Assembly (NCBI RefSeq): GCF_963921235.1
Contig: NC_086118.1
Coordinates: forward strand, 20,214,001-20,278,000
Length of the DNA: 64,000 nt
From: Mobula hypostoma
Taxonomy: Eukaryota
Reading direction: 5' to 3'
In this document: one piece after another, positions 37,488-49,154 of the stretch
Layout: the number at the start of each line of letters is the position of its first letter
Numbering within the stretch: position 1 is the stretch's first letter
Notes under the pieces: generated by a model
Seen by the model: the letters and a program-made list of their open reading frames with translations, nothing else
What the model was told of the DNA's origin: nothing
Databases searched by the model: none
Position numbers and translations under genes: made by a program

Positions 37488-38182
37488 GGGAGTGTATGGG
37501 AGGGGTAGCACCTCTGGTGGGGGGAAAATGTCATGTCCTTTTCAGGGCGGTTAGTACACCTTTGGTCCCCACCTGGCACTCAGCTCTCACCTGTGGCTCC
37601 CCATAGCTGTTTGCATGCGACAGCAGCCACACCCTGGGCAACGGCTTCGACAAGCCGGCTAAACTAGGTGAAGGTAGCCAACGGGTCTCAAACCCTCGGT
37701 GAGATAGGGAGTGGTCTATCCCAGCACTTGAAGACTAACTCTGGCGGATTGAGTGGACGAGACCAATGGAAGATCCGAAAGTCAAGAAGGCGGTCTCTGC
37801 AAGTGTCGTGGAATGTGTAGAGCACAACAAGACACAGAAGATGTCCTGGTCGTCCACTGCGCCTAGTCCCATCTCCAGCCGTCTTGACTCTTGTCTTGCC
37901 ACTGGATCCAGATGGGAATTGGTTAGAGAGAGTGAGGCTGACACTGCGCAACTCTCCCTCAACTAAATCCAAATCAAGCGCTAGTCTCGGCACCATCTTC
38001 AAGCCGGCTGGTGGCACAGTGACATCAGCACCAGACTCCAGGAGCGAAGGTTCCCGAGTTCGAATCCAGTCCAGCCGATCCTGGGCACGCTTTCCATCCG
38101 TGCCGGGTTGAGTGTCGAACTAGCAATTCGACCTCGTAAAAAGTACTAATGGTGTCGAGGTCTTCATTGATGATGATGGACG
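37488..38182 (+). mobile_element. Composite non-coding insertion (GC-rich structured segment, tRNA-like head at 38003-38070, (GAT)n tail) inside an antisense V-SINE
   Basis: The V-SINE halves at about 37390-37487 and 38185-38335 join up when the insert is removed. A-box tggcacagtga, B-box gttcgaatcc, tail gatgatgatg. Confidence 0.6.
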
Positions 38183-38387
38183 AACCTTATGTCTTTGCAA
38201 TGTGAGAGGAAACCAAAGTACCCAGAAGAAACCTACGTGGTGACAGGGAGAACGTACAAACTCCTCTTTACAGACAGCAGTAGTAATTGAACCTAGGTTG
38301 CTATTGCTTGGGTAACTGCTATGCTAACATGCTGCCCTAAATCTTCCCTTAATTCTTCTGTTATGAAATCACTATCATACAGATTCC

Positions 38388-39560
38388 ATTCAGGTTCAAG
38401 ATTGACGTTATTCCACTTTCACAAGTGTAAGGAGAATGAAATAATTGTTACTCTGCACCTGATGCAACACAAAGATAGCACAGTAATAATAATTTTAAAA
38501 TGCAGTAAGTATAAATACATAAGATAACTTTTATATCGGTTGCATGCCTATAAAATAGCATTATGCTGTACATAAGGTGACTGATGGGAATAAATAAAAT
38601 AGAGGTGGAGGTATTGAGCAATCTAACTGCTTGGGGAAAGTCTGGTGGTCCTGGCATGGATTCTGTGTAGGCTCCTTCCTGATGAGAGTAGCTCAAACAG
38701 TCCAGGAGCAGGGCGTGTGGGGGTCCTTTATGACGTTACTGACCCTCTTCCGGAACCTTTCTGTATATATGTCTTTGGTGGGTAGTCTGGTGCCAGTGAT
38801 GCATTGGGCAGTTTTGACTACCTGTTGTGGAACCTTGCTGTCCACCACAGTACTGTTTCCGTACCAAGCAGTAATGCAGATCGTTAGGATGCTCCCTACT
38901 GCGCATCTGTACAATGAGGTGAGTATGGATGTGCGAAGTCCAGCTTTCTTCAGCCTCCTCAAAGCTTTCCTGACTGCACAGGGTGTGTTCTGGGACCATG
39001 AGAGATTGTGATGTGCACTCCCAGGAGTCTGAAATTGCTTGCTCTGCTGCCGATGTGAAGGGGGTGTGAGTGGTACGAGTTCTCATGACGTCAATAACCA
39101 TCTCCTTTGTCTTGTTGACATTGAGGAAGAGGTCATTTGCCTGGCACCAGCCTCGCACTCTTCTACCTTCTCTCTGTAGGCCACCTCATCGCTGTTGGTA
39201 ATGTCAACAAGGATCTTGACAGTGTGATTACTCGAGTGTCTGGCTGTGTGGTCATGTGTAAACAGTACAGCAGTGGGCTCAGCACACAATGTTGAAGATG
39301 ATGGGGGGGAGGGAGGAGTGGTTCTACATCCTAATTATCTGAGGTTTCATGGTTAGGAAGTCCACCCATTTGCACAGTAGTGTATTTAGGCCAGGGGTTC
39401 CCAACTTGGGTCCACAGACCCCTCAGTTAATGGGAGGGGTCCATGGCATAAAAATGGTTGGGAACCCCTAATTTAGACCAAGGATTAGGAGTTTATTCAC
39501 CAGGGTCTGTGGGATGGTAGTAATGAATGCTGAACTGAAATCCAGGAACATCATTCTGGC
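38388..39560 (-). mobile_element. Rex1/Babar-like LINE fragments
   Basis: WCQANDLFLNVNKTKEMVID, RRLKKAGLRTSILTSLYRCAVGSILTICITAWYGN, VIKDPHTP. Confidence 0.85.
39392..39470. mobile_element. 79-bp hAT (Charlie-like) MITE
   Basis: TIRs caggggttcccaac / gttgggaaccccta; 8-bp TSD atttaggc / atttagac. Confidence 0.85.
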
Positions 39561-39561
39561 G

Positions 39562-40545
39562 TAAGACCATAAGTTAAAGGAGCCATTTGGCCCATCGAGT
39601 CTGTTCTGCAATTTCATCATGGCAGATCCAATTTTTCTCTTAGTCCCAATCTCCTGCCTTCTTCTCCATATCCCTCCATGCCCTGACCAATCAGGAATCT
39701 ATCAATCGCTGCCTTAAATATACATAAAGATTTGGCCTCCACAGCTGCCTGTGGCAAAGAATTCCACAGGTTCACCACTTTCTGGCTAAAGGAATTCCTC
39801 ATCATCTCCATTCTGGTCACCTCACTACAGGAAGGATGTGGAAGCCATAGAAAGAGTGCAGAGGAGATTTACAAGGATGTTGCCTGGATTGGGGAGCATG
39901 CCTTATGAGAATAGGTTGAGCGAACTCGGCCTTTACTTCTTGGAGCGACAGAGGATGAGAGGTGACCTGATAGAGGTGTGTAAGATGATGAGAGGCATTG
40001 ATCGTGTGGATAGTCAGAGGCTTTTTCCCAGGGGTGATTTGGTTGCCACAAGAAGACACAGGTTTAAACTGCTGGGGAGTAGGTCCAGAGGAGATTTTAG
40101 GAGTAAGTTTTTTACGCAGAGAGTGGTGAGTGCGTGGAATGGGCTGCCGGCAACGGTGGTGGAGGCGAATACGATAGGATCTTTTCAGAGACTTTTGGAT
40201 AGGTACATGGCGCTTAGAAAATTAGAGGGCTATGGATAAGCCTAGTAATTTCTAAGGTAGAGACATGTTCGGCACAACTATGAGGGCCGAAGGGCCTGTA
40301 TTATGCTGTAAGTTTTCTATGTTTCTATTCTAAAAGGACGCCACTTTGTTCTGAAGCTGTGTCCTCTGGTCTTGGACTCTCCCATCAAGGCCTTTCACCA
40401 TTCAACAGATTTTAGTGAGGTCACCCCTCATTCTTCTGAATTCCAGTGAATACAGGTCCAGAGCCATTAAGTGCTCTTCGTATGACAAGCCATTCAATCC
40501 TGGAATCACTTTCATGAACCTCTTTTGAAACATCTTTGTCTTCTA
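39562..40545 (-). mobile_element. CR1 3' fragment hosting an opposite-strand CR1 3' fragment (39815-40326, +)
   Basis: The host reads catctccattct|aaaaggacg once the insert is removed (attct duplicated). The insert encodes IERVQRRFTRMLPGL..FFTQRVVSAWNGLP and ends in the ttctatg tail. Confidence 0.85.
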
Positions 40546-40547
40546 AG

Positions 40548-41195
40548 TGTGTCTGGGCCAGAAGAATGACAGATGCTATGGAATCTATCGTGGAGCGGTT
40601 CTGTCAGAAAGCATATTGATGAGTGTCCAATGTGACAGGAATAGAGTTTTTGACATATGCCGTTATCAGCCATTCAAATCACTGCATGATCATTTGGTGT
40701 CAGTGCCACTGAGCGGTAATCATTTAGTTGTGATGGTGCCATATTCTTTAGTACAGGGATGATGGTGGCCAATTTGAAATGTGGGGATAGCAGTCTGGTC
40801 GAGTGACGTGTTGAAGATTCAGTGAACTGGTGTGCACTCCAGCTGAGTACTCGGCCTACGTTGTCTTCTGGCCTGGCCCCCTTATGGGGGCTGACGCTCT
40901 GGAGAGTCCTTCTCACCTTTGCTGCTGTTACAGACAGTGGCTGCTCAACTGGGAGGGTGTCTCAACTGGGAGGGTGTTGGCTTTTGTGACCAGCGTGGTG
41001 TTGCGTGCCTTGAGGTGTGCTGTAAGGTTGTTTAGAGCATCAGGGAGGGAGGTGTCACTGGTACAGTCGACGTGGTTTCTCCCCCTTTGATGCCCAGGAA
41101 TTTTTTGTGCGTAGATGGTCTTTGCCCCACATGCCCAAGATGAGGTTTGGCCTGGCTACTCTGAGAGGCGTCCTTACACCGAACTTGAAGACAGT
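40548..41195 (-). mobile_element. Degraded Rex1/Babar-like LINE, RT N-terminal region
   Basis: PHFKLATIIPVLKNMAPSQLNDYRSVALTP. Confidence 0.75.
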
Positions 41196-41200
41196 GTCCG

Positions 41201-41348
41201 GGAGGAACTCAGCAGGCCAGGCAGCATTTATGGAAAAGAATAAACAGAAGTCCTGAAGAAGGGTCTGGGCCCGAAACATCGACTCTTTACTCTTTTCCAT
41301 AGATGCTGCCCGGCCTGCTGAGCTCCTCCAGCATTTTGTGTGTGTTAC
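41201..41348 (+). mobile_element. Penelope pLTR fold-back element
   Basis: 41201-41244 is the near-perfect reverse complement of 41286-41329; the hammerhead lies in the loop. Confidence 0.85.
41249..41284 (+). ncRNA. Minimal type I hammerhead ribozyme, best-preserved copy in the window
   Basis: AGUC-CUGAAGA-AGGGUCUGGGCCC-GAAA-CAUC-GACU: stem I AGUC/GACU, stem II GGGU/GCCC, predicted cleavage after UC at 41280. Confidence 0.8.
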
Positions 41349-42454
41349 AAAAATTAATCTTTTTATTTTCCAAATATTAAAATTGTTCATCTTACAACTT
41401 TCTTTTCGCCAGTCCAGGTGATCATGTGATACCTAACGAATGTAAAATATGAAGGAGACGGTGTTCCAGTGAAGAATGAAAGCTGCTTTATTAACAGGTT
41501 TATTTTTGTACATAATTTCCTCAACAGTGAAGGTTCTCATTCATTGAAAGCATATAACAACCAATCTGTTTTATCTTTGTATATGTCATGACATACTTTA
41601 TCCTTGACAGAATTGAAATAAATCTTTTAAAAGAATGTTTTCAGTCATACTGCCTTCACTATGGATATTTCCCTCACTGAAAACTCAGAACACAGAAATA
41701 AGCAACACAGCTGCAGTCACAGTCCTGTTTGAGTTTATTTGCTTTTTCACTAATTTGTCATCTATTAAATTCAATATTGCTTCGTGGTTGATCAGGCCTT
41801 ATGTATTTGGTGTGCTGCTCTCAGTGTTATGTAGCTCCCAAATTTAAGTCATATACAGCATTAAATCATGTGAAATAAAAGTTCCTGTAAATATAAAAAT
41901 CACATCTTTCATGATTTTTAATGTACAAAACCATGTATTTTGATTTATCATAACTTGATTGGGGAAATGATGTGTTGATATTATTGGCTCTTCAAGTAGA
42001 TTAAAGTGCAGAGTTTGGTACTGATACCAGGAAGCTGTCCTGGGAAAACAAGCTTCCACTGATGAGACAAATGTTCTTGGCAGATTGTCAGCTGAAGTAC
42101 TTTCGTATTGAAAGTCCATTTTGTTTCCAGACTAAATTTACCAGTTTATTTATTGATTTATTATACACTTTGTTTTATTGTGATGCAGCACATAACAGGC
42201 CTTTCTGGTCCTTCAGTATGCACAGATCAGCAACCCACTGATTTCATCACGGGATAATTTACAGTGACTAATTAACCTACCAATGGGTACATCTTTGCAC
42301 TGTAGGAGGAAACAGGTGAACCCAGAAGAGGCCCACACCGTCATCGGGAGAACGTACAAACTCATTACAGACAGTGGTGGGAATTGAACCTGGGTCGCTG
42401 GTACTGTAAGGCTCTGTGCTGACAATCGTATTGAATGCTACAATGAAAATGAAC

Positions 42455-42805
42455 ATGCAGTCGTTGAAGGCATTGTATGAAGGCAGTCCGCTCTCTGCTG
42501 TAGGTGTTTGCGCTGATTTTTGTTCATTTACAGTCAATCAAAAGAACACAGTATACACTAGATGAATTCCTCTGGCGATAGCTATTAGGAACTAATACAG
42601 TCTTAAGGTAGTGTAAAGGTATTGGTGGTGTTCTAATTTGTTCTGTATTTCAGTTAAATACATAATTTGTTATTCAGTTAAACGGTAGCCTGTCTTATTT
42701 TTTATACCTTTTTAACTATTTCCATGAAAAAGGCTAATTGGGGGAGCTGTTTAATTGGGCCAGAATGTACTGGTCACAATGTGTCCAATTAACCGGAATC
42801 CACTG
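42455..42805. mobile_element. Possible pogo/Tigger-like DNA transposon relic (one terminus only)
   Basis: Ends ...ccaattaaccggaatccactg followed by TA (CAGT-type terminus). The matching left TIR was not found. Confidence 0.4.
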
Positions 42806-43276
42806 TATTGTCAATCTAAACGCTTTTCCTTTAATAGCTTAAAGACAAGCAGCAAGATTTCTTGGCAATTCACCCAAGACATGAGGTTGATTCCCACCAT
42901 GGTAGCCTAGAAATATAAGTTAAGTAAATAAAAAATGTGAAAAAGGAGGAAAATGAACTGTTCTTTTTTTAAAAAAAAATTCATTAACGTCCTTTAGAGA
43001 AAAACCTACCATCCTTTCTCTGGCTGATGTGTGGCCTCAAACCCACCGATACAGTTGCCCTTAGAGACAATTAAAGATGGACAATAAATGCCATCACATC
43101 CTTCGACTTGGGACAAACATGTCTTTTGAATGCACTCTATAGTTATCAGCAGGTGAAAATTCCATTAAATTCACACATGATCGGGTGCTTCCTTTCTTCT
43201 AAGCGAGTTTCAATAAAATTAGAGGAATAGCTGTAAAGATTCCATTTAAAACTTTATTTAGAAATTACTACTGCAG

Positions 43277-43868
43277 TTGTACAAGGCCTTGGTGAGACCA
43301 CACCTGGAGTATTGTGTGCAGTTTTGGTCCCCTAATCTGAGGAAAGACATCCTTGCCATAGAGGGAGTACAAAGAAGGTTCACCAGATTGATTCCTGGGA
43401 TGGCAGGACTTTCATATGAAGAAAGACTGGATGAACTGGGCTTGTACTCATTGGAATTTAGAAGATTGAGGGGGGATCTGATTGAAACGTATAAGATCCT
43501 AAAGGAATTGGACAGGCTAGATGCAGGAAGATTGTTCCCGATGTTGGGGAAGTCCAGAACGAGGGGCCACAGTTTGAGGATAAAGGGGAAGCCTTTTAGG
43601 ACCGAGATTAGGAAAAACTTCTTCACACAGAGAGTGGTGAATCTGTGGAATTCTCTGCCACAGGAAACAGTTGAGGCCAGTTCATTGGCTATATTTAAGA
43701 GGGAGTTAGATATGGCCCTTGTGGCTACGGGGGTCAGGGGGTATGGAGGGAAGGCTGGGGCGGGGTTCTGAGTTGGATGATCAGCCATGATCATAATAAA
43801 TGGTGGTGCAGGCTCGAAGGGCCGAATGGCCTACTCCTGCACCTATTTTCTATGTTTCTATCTTTCTA
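43277..43868 (+). mobile_element. Young CR1 3' fragment, 164 intact codons plus 3' UTR and tail
   Basis: YKALVRPHLEYCVQFWSP..FFTQRVVNLWNSLP; tttctatgtttctat tail. Confidence 0.9.
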
Positions 43869-44984
43869 ATGTGTTTAAAGAATGAAATGGCGGAGCAGGC
43901 CCAAAAGGATGGATGGTCTTATTCTGTCCCTACATTTTATTTTGCAGTTATCTGATTCACTTGGAAATGTCAGCATTGGGAAATATGATTAAAAGGAAAT
44001 CGTTCAAATATGAAGGCTGCTTCCATCTCTGCAGAGGGAATTCGGAGATTGATTTCTTGAGGAAAGTGAAGGAATTTGATTAAGAGTGATGAATGTAACA
44101 TTGTTGCATGCTTTCCATTAAAGGGTCTATACAAGTTGAGTTTGTGGCAGGGCCAGCTTAATTTTAAATGGTACTGTAAAATGGATTGAGCAGTTAAATG
44201 ACGGTGCAGGAGGGGAGTTGTTGGAGTGTAGAAATCTCTGCCACCCTGTCCAGAGAAATTTTGAATGGATGAACTAGGTGCTGCTGCAGACTGGAATGAA
44301 GATTACAAAATAGTGAGGGACACTTTGACTTGTTCATGCACAGAAGTGAGAGTAGTCTCCTGTACTTTCAACTTCTTAAATTTAAAAAAAACAAGGAGTG
44401 ACTCTCCTGTGATTCAGCATATTAAATGAAGGTTATTTTTCATTCAAGCGCTGCACTTTCAGGAAAGGCACAATTGTGACTTCTCAGGAGGCATGACTGG
44501 GTGTTCTCTAATGCTAAAAGCTAGAATGTTAGAAACTCACAGGCAACCATCAGCAAGTAAACTTCAGTTGCAGAGTTTCTAGAAAAAAAGTACTCATCAA
44601 AATTTTGAGTTTGCCAGTTTCTTTGTTCTGAATTTGATAAATTAACCTGCTAACTTTGCAAAACAGAAGTAAAATGATTCTTGCAATCAGGAAAATGGGT
44701 AAGTCAAAGATTTTCAATGAGATTAAATATTTCTTCGAGTTGTCAGCTCAGTGTGCAAATATTTCTTTTTAAATAAAAGCAAACCACATTATTCATATGC
44801 CTAATATCAAACTGGTGAAGCACATCCACTTCAAGTTCCAGCAAGACAAGTGATTTCTAAAGGGGGGGGGGGGTTAAGGGTTTTCTCAAAATCTCACAGC
44901 TATGGCAATCTATCCTACTGAAGGAAGGCCCTTCCCAGTAACAGATCAAAACTGCAAAGGAGTATTAAGGAAGGCACTGAGCAA

Positions 44985-46200
44985 CTATTCAATTCGATTC
45001 AACTCACTTTATTTTCCATGAGGAACTTCATTTGTTTGTGCAGTGGTAAGGCCAACATCACAGGTACACAACACCCCACTACACACAGTTAATCACAATA
45101 TGAAATACTCACCATAGATAAATACTTAAAAGTAATGCAAATAATTTAAAATATTATTTAATAAAAATTTTTACTGTCAAAGGTGCTAGACATACTATAT
45201 ATTCAAAATTGGGTGTTGAGGAGATGAATGAGGAAGGCACAAAACTGGTTAAGGTTCTTCTGGTGCAGATGGGCAGGGAGCTGTAGCAGCATCCAGATGG
45301 CATGAGACTGTAATATGTGTGAAGTGTATGTATAATGTCCTCTACTATTTGTTGAGCTTCTTTATTGTCCATCTCTTATGGGTGCTGCTGGTGATTCTTG
45401 TTCCTGGCCAATGGTTTTACTACTTATTCTGACAATTCTGCTGAGTGGGTTGAGGTTGATCGTACTCATTACTCTGAACCATGCCATCATGTTGTAGTTA
45501 ATGTTGATTCAATGAAGCATTTATAAAATGTCTGGAAAATCAATGGCTGGACCTGAAGTTTCAGCATCTTCCTAAGGAAAACTAGTCATTATTGGCACTG
45601 GGAGAGTATCATCCCACCATTGGTCTTAAAGGTGTTTTTGTTGTCTATAGCTGTGCCAAGGTACTTGTATTCTCAAACACGCTCTATTGACTGGCCGCTA
45701 ATTTCCAGGTTTGGGACAGCGTCTGTTGTTTTCTAAAATCCACTACCATTTCCTTAGTTTTACTGGGGTTTGGGTCCAGGTAGTTGTTTGTGCGCCATCC
45801 AGCAAATTTATTGATTTCTTCATTGACGCTGTCATCAGAGTTGGTAGTGTCAATGACGACTGTGTCATCTGAGTACTTGACGTACTGCATGCCTGAGCGT
45901 GAGCTTCTGCAGTCGTCTGTGTACAGTGTGAACAAGACTGGCAAGATAACTGGGCCCTGTGCTGCTCCAGTTGATATTTGCCTGTTGGTGCTCATATAAC
46001 CATTACATCTCACTCTTTGATGTACCTCTGTGAGGAAGGAGAGGATGAGGAGTCTGAGGTGGGAATTTACATCCATTTGCTGGAGTTTGTGCCCCATGAG
46101 GTGGGGTTGAACAGGGCACACTGGATGCACTGGAGAAGTCCACAAACAACACTCTAACAAATAATCGAGCCTCTCCAAGTGTGGTCTCTATGCTAAGAGT
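44985..46200 (-). mobile_element. Divergent Rex1/Babar-like LINE (RT to 3' end)
   Basis: VRVLFVDFSSA, STGAAQGPVILPVLFTLYTDDCRS, VKYSDDT, NPSKTKEMVVDFRK; (attca)n tail. Confidence 0.85.
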
Positions 46201-46499
46201 AGGCACCCACCTTGTACAAGCAGCAGAAGGAGTGTACAAAATTCCAAAGAACTTCCCCTGCCATACTTCAAGTACTACCTATCCCTCTGTGATTCCCTCC
46301 CCATAAGAGTTAATTAGTTATCTCAGAACTTTCACAGCTAAAATGGAAGCACGTCACTCACAACCCAAGGCCCTTCCAGAATTTTTTTGGAATTAATTTG
46401 TGCCATAAAGGCTATTAAAATTGGATTGCAGCATAAAATGCCCTGACCAGATATTGATCTTAACTCCTCAGGAGAGAAAGGCAACAAATAAGTGACATA

Positions 46500-46581
46500 C
46501 TCAGACAAAGTGCTGGAGTTGCTCAAGTATTGTGAGTGTGTTACTCAAGATTTCCAGCATCAGCAGAAGCCCTTGTGTTTA
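46500..46581 (+). mobile_element. 82-bp Penelope pLTR-end mini-insertion, 14-bp TSD
   Basis: aaataagtgacata (46486-46499) / aaataaatgacata (46582-46595), 13 of 14 matching; contains the pLTR end gtgtgttactcaagatttccagcatc. Confidence 0.7.
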
Positions 46582-47569
46582 AAATAAATGACATAACTCT
46601 ACATTTCTCACCACTGTCTGATCCTGCTCTGGTACTCTGGTACTGAATAAATAAATAATTCATTTATACAAGAATCTTTATTCTAAATACACACCAAGTA
46701 ATCATTACTGGGAGTGGTACATGGGGATGGTGTTAATCTGTGCTGTAATGAGAGCAATAATTTTCTAAGTGCAGTTAATTCATCTTTTTCTTAGTGAAAA
46801 TAATTTGCTGAAGGTTTGTTTCTAAGATGGCGGGGCCCTTGGTGGGGGGAGGCTGAAATAGATCATCTTCACAGTTATTTTTGATTGAAGCTGTTTCAAA
46901 AGCCTCAGTGTTACACGTTCCATAATGGGCTCCACTTACTGAACACCACCATTTACGACTGCAAATCGGAGGGCGTTCTTCAGTTTAACAGGTTTTGTAT
47001 CGCTGCTTTATCATTCTCTGTTTTGTTACACTAAAGAAAGACAGTACATGGAACTACAGAACTTTATTAAAACAGAATGACAAGCATTAAAATACTTAAT
47101 GACCTGTACACGGTCCCCTCAGCCTGCAGCACACCATCCACTCTATCTGATTCACTGTGCCATTCACGTTCCAGCCTGCAGTGAAAATTACCCTCAGGCT
47201 CCTGACCACTCTACTTTTATCCCCCTCCACTGGTATGAAATGATACATTAAGTGGACCAATACATTAGCACCCACTCAAACCATCGAACCAGAACCAGTC
47301 AACGCTTGCCACCATGCTTTACAAGTCCCATTCCCTGTGTTCACCTGACTTCCATGTTCTCACGGTTGTATTCCCACTGTGTCGTCCATTCTCCCTCTCC
47401 CAGTCATATACGCTCAAGAGCAGGCCACAGTGGTGAAGGCATTCGACAAGCACAAAGATTAACCCTTTCCAATACAGATGTTCCTCAAATCTTGCTGCTT
47501 GGTACAAGCTTGTGGTCTCTCTTATTCGCCTAGTAGAATTAATACAAAATTAGGGAGGGGATATGTCAG

Positions 47570-48115
47570 CTTTTTACTGCATTGGTGAGGCCACATCTAA
47601 AGCACCATTCAGAACATTAAGGGAAAATATTAATATGTTAGAAGCAAGTCATTGATGGTTAACCAGAGCTATACCTGGCATGGGAGGTTTTATGAGGAAA
47701 GATTAGGCTGGCTATGCTTTATCTGTTGGAGTTTAGAAGGATGCAATCCATCCGATTTGATTATATAAGATCCTGGGAGAAACCCCCGACTGGTAAATAT
47801 GGAGAGAATGGTTCCTCTTTTGGAGAAACTAAAAGTAAGGATCAAATTTAAAAATAAGCCATCACTCATTGAATGCAGATGAATTTGTTTTCTTTTCTTT
47901 GAGTGTTGTGAGTCTTTCAAACTCTTGTTTTGAGGGTGGGTAGAAACAGATCCTTTTTAATAATTTTAGGAAGAAGCAGATGGATTTTGCTATGCGTGGA
48001 TAGAAAAGACAACCAAAGTTAAGGGGGAAATGAGCTGATGAGATCATAAATGGTGATTTGATTGGTCAGGCAGGCTCCAGGGTCAAATGGCCTACACCTA
48101 CTGCTTTGTCATTTG
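47570..48115 (+). mobile_element. Old CR1 3' fragment
   Basis: ttggtgaggccacatcta (LVRPHL) and tatgaggaaagatt (YEERL); 3' UTR similar to the other CR1 copies. Confidence 0.6.
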
Positions 48116-48163
48116 TTTGCGTGGATCAGTCATAATTTGATTGAGGTGTGTGTCTCTAACAGC

Positions 48164-48655
48164 CTCTGACTGCCAAGCCCAACTCTTGGCCTTCACGTGT
48201 GGCTTAGCTACTAGGCCCAGCGGAACTGTTTCTACTGACAAGAGAAGGGGCAAAGGCGGACCACTGACACCTCAAAACCGGTTACTTCAGGAAGGTGGGG
48301 CTCGGCAGCCTACCTAGGAGAAGGAAAACTCTGACTTTAAGCCTCCACTGCCTTGCGGCCGTACCCTGCGGCTTCAGGAGTAAACCCCAAGGAAGAAATC
48401 TAGAGCCGGGGTCCCTAAGGCAGTTTGATGTTGTTTACAACTTCGCTCTGGCGGCCTCTGCAACGGCACTGGTGCCAAGCTATATCGGCACTTGCCCTTC
48501 CCTTGGACTACATCAGTGACGTGGAGAGGGGGAACCCACTGCATGGGCAACAGCCAGTTCTTCAAATCTTCCCGCCCAGGCTTGCGCCCTGGAGAGGACA
48601 CAGTCCACCAGAGGCGCAAAACCATGATCCCCTGGGATCGATGGGCTGCCCACTA
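48164..48655 (+). repeat. Unclassified GC-rich non-coding retro-repeat with (TAC)n tail
   Basis: Flanked by ctaacagc at 48156-48163 and 48656-48663; shares blocks with 17595-18110. Confidence 0.55.
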
Positions 48656-49154
48656 CTAACAGCTCTATTCTGCTCATGAAACACCAGGATATTTGCCTTG
48701 TAAATGTAGATTTTGACACTATTTATGATTACAGGACTTACTATTGAAAGTCATTTTTTAAAGTATTTCATTGCTAGAATGCAAGTTGGTGAAGTACAAA
48801 AGCGATATAAAGTGGGAATTTGCGGTTAATAAACAATGTAAAGTGAAAGATTCTGCTGTAGGATTAAAATATGGTGTGCACTGTATTAAGCAGCCTTCAG
48901 TAAGTCTAAACCTATCATAACATCATTCATGGTGTCAGAAGAATTCTTGAATCACATCCTACATCATAACACATTCCTCCTTCAAAGCACTTGGCTCACT
49001 CTGAACATAAAAATGTTGGAGACAGTACGCTGTCTCATCCACTTGATTGAAATGGCTTCACCACAACCCCATGTGCAAGCTTCCCGCCTTCCACTTTATC
49101 ATTGAATTCTGGCAGTGGTGCACAATGTAGGAATCCATCTTGATGCATTTTCAT

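Noticed and set aside
38003..38075. tRNA genes here and at 63931 and 25750-25825
   Set aside because: A and B boxes are present, but there is no convincing acceptor stem or oligo-T terminator and the heads continue into SINE bodies.
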